A stretch of DNA of 31,843 bases, taken from Oligoflexus sp. Its GTDB lineage: Bacteria; Bdellovibrionota_B; Oligoflexia; Oligoflexales; Oligoflexaceae. Location: positions 1-31,843 of the forward strand of contig JBGSTX010000333.1 of assembly GCA_041736305.1 (NCBI GenBank), written 5' to 3'. The number at the start of each line of letters is the position of its first letter. Position 1 is the stretch's first letter. Both the position numbers and the translations under genes were made by a program. The notes below the pieces were generated by a model. It was not told the DNA's origin, made no database searches, and was given only the letters and a program-made list of their open reading frames with translations. Below, in pieces: positions 29,792 to 31,843 of this stretch.

Positions 29792-29822
29792 GGCGGGTCG
29801 AAAGACCCGCCCCCTCTTCTTT
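29792..29822 (+). terminator. GC-rich hairpin after the micro-ORF (leaky terminator or stabilising stem)
   Basis: GGCGGGTC-GAAA-GACCCGCC (GNRA tetraloop) followed by the pyrimidine tract CCCTCTTCTTT. Confidence 0.65.
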
Positions 29823-29860
29823 CCCTGTACCACTTCCCGCAGTATACTTTGGAGGCGACT

Positions 29861-30541
29861 ATGGCTAACTCACTCTATGATCAGTTGACCAAGCGTATCG
29901 CGCAGCACTTCGAACAGATGAAAACAAAGAACACATTCTACCAGAGAATTTTCACCGGTAAGCTCACCGTCGATGAACTCGTTTTATTTATCAAAAATGT
30001 CAGCTATCTGACTTCCTATACGCCTGTTCATCTCAAGATGGCCCATGACGTGGCGCAGTCAAAGTCCTTGCATCAGCTAGCCGCCTATTTCAAATCCAAG
30101 CAGAAAGAAGAACAGGGCCACGACGAGTGGGGCAAGCAAGATATCCAAGGGATAGCGAGCCAGTTCGCTGTTTCTATCCAGAATGTACCTGTCCTCTCTG
30201 AAATGAAATCCTACGTGCTGGCCAATGAGAGCATGATCAAAAAAGATCCCTTTCTCTACTTTGTCTATATTCTCTATGCAGAATACTACACAGTTATCGC
30301 GGGCCCTGAGTCCCTTGCTGCAATTGAGAAGCACTGCAAGGTGCCCCAAGATCTGGTAAGCATCATTTCGAACCATGCGGAACTTGACAAGTATCACGTC
30401 GAAGATTGGGCACAAGAAGCTCGCGATGTTGGCCTTGATCCTAAATCGCTCCCGATCTACCTGACGAATCTCGATGAAATTCTGCAGCGCTACGATAACT
30501 TCTGCCAAGCCTTGAGTAGACGCCATGCAAACGTCGCCTAA
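29861..30541 (+). CDS. Heme-oxygenase-like di-iron oxidase (iron-containing redox enzyme; TenA/PqqC/CADD fold)
   Basis: Helical protein of about 226 aa with EEQGH (EExxH), a mid-sequence Glu (YAE) and HAELDKYH (HxxxDxxH) ligand motifs; GGAGG RBS. Confidence 0.8.
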   Translation: MANSLYDQLTKRIAQHFEQMKTKNTFYQRIFTGKLTVDELVLFIKNVSYLTSYTPVHLKMAHDVAQSKSLHQLAAYFKSKQKEEQGHDEWGKQDIQGIASQFAVSIQNVPVLSEMKSYVLANESMIKKDPFLYFVYILYAEYYTVIAGPESLAAIEKHCKVPQDLVSIISNHAELDKYHVEDWAQEARDVGLDPKSLPIYLTNLDEILQRYDNFCQALSRRHANVA

Positions 30542-31565
30542 AGATAAGCTACATGCAACTCAAATGCCTGCCGGTTGGAAATTGATCGACGAGCTGAATG
30601 AGAACGTCGATCTCTTCACAGCCAAAATTCAAATTGCGGGTAAGGCAGCGCAGCATGAGTTGCTCGGGACCAGCGTGACCGGCAGTTCGGCGAGCTGGAC
30701 GCAAAACCCCGAGGCTTTTGCCTACTTCGAACTTCTGGAACGGATGGCAATAGTTGAAGCCTTAGACAGGCACAAGTCTAATGAAGGCCAAGTTTGGCGA
30801 CTCATCGATCCTCATCGGGGCGGAAGTCGAGGCGAGGCAGTCGAGATTTTTCAGAATTCTTCCAAACCTGATATTTGGCAGCCATCGAAATCCAACGGCG
30901 TAGCCCTCGGTAGCAGCTGGCAGCACGCAAGCCAAAACGCAGTTTGCGAAGCGGTTGAGCGGCACCTGGTGCTGGCCTCTTGGTATGGTGCTTTGATACC
31001 TCAAAAGCTTGAAGCCGGGGCCCTGCCTCTCGCCCTCGCCCCACTTGCACGTCACTACAATGTTATGCATTATTCTTTCGGAGAATTGCCGACAGCCGCT
31101 ACACGGACTCCCGTCGCTGTCACAGGGACGTTCTTCTGGCCTCGGAAGCCGAATGCGCCGTTGATATATGGCTTTGGAGCCGGTCTTTCATCCAACGAAG
31201 CCCTGCAAAAGAGCCTGAAGGAAGCTGTCCAGCGCCTCAGTTTTCTAGATGGTGAAGAGGTTCCGGAAATCGAGCCTCTTTTCAGTCCCACTCCGGATTA
31301 TCATCAAGAATACTTCCTGCATCCGGAACGCCAAGAGGTTTTGAGCAAATGGCTGAGGGGTGAGTTTTTCAAAGGGAGCGAGAGCACTCAGCTTCTGGAT
31401 ACGCGGAACCCTGTGCAATTTGTAGATCTCACTCCGTCGACTCTCGAGACGCTAGTCGTCGTGAAGGCCCTTACACCGAGCCTTCTGCCTTTGTGCTTCG
31501 GGCGTTTCATCGATGAACGTTGTCCCGAGATCGAAGCCGATAGACTCATTCATCCGGTGGTTTAG
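30525..31565 (+). CDS. YcaO-family protein
   Basis: ATP/Mg motifs FELLER, SKSNGVALG and CEAVERH, plus GFGAG...EAVQ and a Pro-containing C-terminus IHPVV. Overlaps the oxidase gene by 17 nt. Confidence 0.85.
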   Translation: MQTSPKDKLHATQMPAGWKLIDELNENVDLFTAKIQIAGKAAQHELLGTSVTGSSASWTQNPEAFAYFELLERMAIVEALDRHKSNEGQVWRLIDPHRGGSRGEAVEIFQNSSKPDIWQPSKSNGVALGSSWQHASQNAVCEAVERHLVLASWYGALIPQKLEAGALPLALAPLARHYNVMHYSFGELPTAATRTPVAVTGTFFWPRKPNAPLIYGFGAGLSSNEALQKSLKEAVQRLSFLDGEEVPEIEPLFSPTPDYHQEYFLHPERQEVLSKWLRGEFFKGSESTQLLDTRNPVQFVDLTPSTLETLVVVKALTPSLLPLCFGRFIDERCPEIEADRLIHPVV

Positions 31566-31594
31566 ACCTGCTATCTTTATTCTTAGTTTTCTGC

Positions 31595-31621
31595 GCCGGC
31601 CGACTGCCGGCTTTCGCTTTT
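31595..31621 (+). terminator. Terminator after the YcaO gene
   Basis: GCCGGC-CGACT-GCCGGC followed by TTTCGCTTTT. Confidence 0.6.
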
Positions 31622-31843
31622 AGGCTTTTTCAGATTCAGCAAGAACTGGGTTCCACGAGCTTCTTGATGAGCATCCCTTAGGAAAAGATTACCTCGGTAA
31701 ACCGTAAGCAGTTCACCTGCGCATAGAGACTAAGTCCACATTCCCAGCTAGGTTTAATTCCATCGAGAGAAACCGCGATGGAGACCGACTCAAATGAAAG
31801 CTTCCTTCAATCACGATTCCTGCCTTAAGTCCCTGGCTGCTGA

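Noticed and set aside
29861-30541. The HO-like oxidase as the missing biliverdin-producing BphO for the phytochrome
   Set aside because: It has di-iron EExxH/HxxxDxxH motifs rather than heme oxygenase proximal-His and GSxLGG motifs, lies 15 kb away, and is coupled to ycaO.
31620-31843. Minus-strand fragments faintly like a histidine-kinase ATPase C-terminus (GLSL.. / ELLTVYRGNL..GTQFLLNL)
   Set aside because: The pieces fall in different frames with stops and are cut by the window edge; gene, pseudogene or noise cannot be distinguished.

Overview
A 31.8-kb bacterial chromosomal window. The MreB N-terminus and the Cys-rich AlaS insert suggest a deltaproteobacteria-like or Bdellovibrionota (Oligoflexia-like) genome; this is inference only. 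The left half is mostly housekeeping: mreB-mreC-mreD-mrdA (mrdA cut by the window edge), a PpiD/SurA-type PPIase, NAD kinase, a KamA-family radical SAM enzyme, Maf, nth, a 2Fe-2S ferredoxin, an M17 aminopeptidase, a CNNM/hemolysin-family transporter, alaS and xth. Accessory genes include a bacteriophytochrome with no output domain divergent from a hybrid histidine kinase, a lipoprotein subtilase, a lipoxygenase co-transcribed with a twin-arginine protein, a 57-aa CxxC protein missed by the ORF track, and a DAG-kinase/metallophosphoesterase pair. The best candidate for an undescribed system is at 28.9-31.6 kb. It comprises a GNAT acyltransferase, a hairpin-flanked 10-codon ORF (MKKKYALISF) with a strong RBS, a heme-oxygenase-like di-iron oxidase and a stand-alone YcaO. 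This looks like a compact RiPP cluster with an ultra-short precursor. No rRNA, tRNA, CRISPR array or mobile element was recognised.
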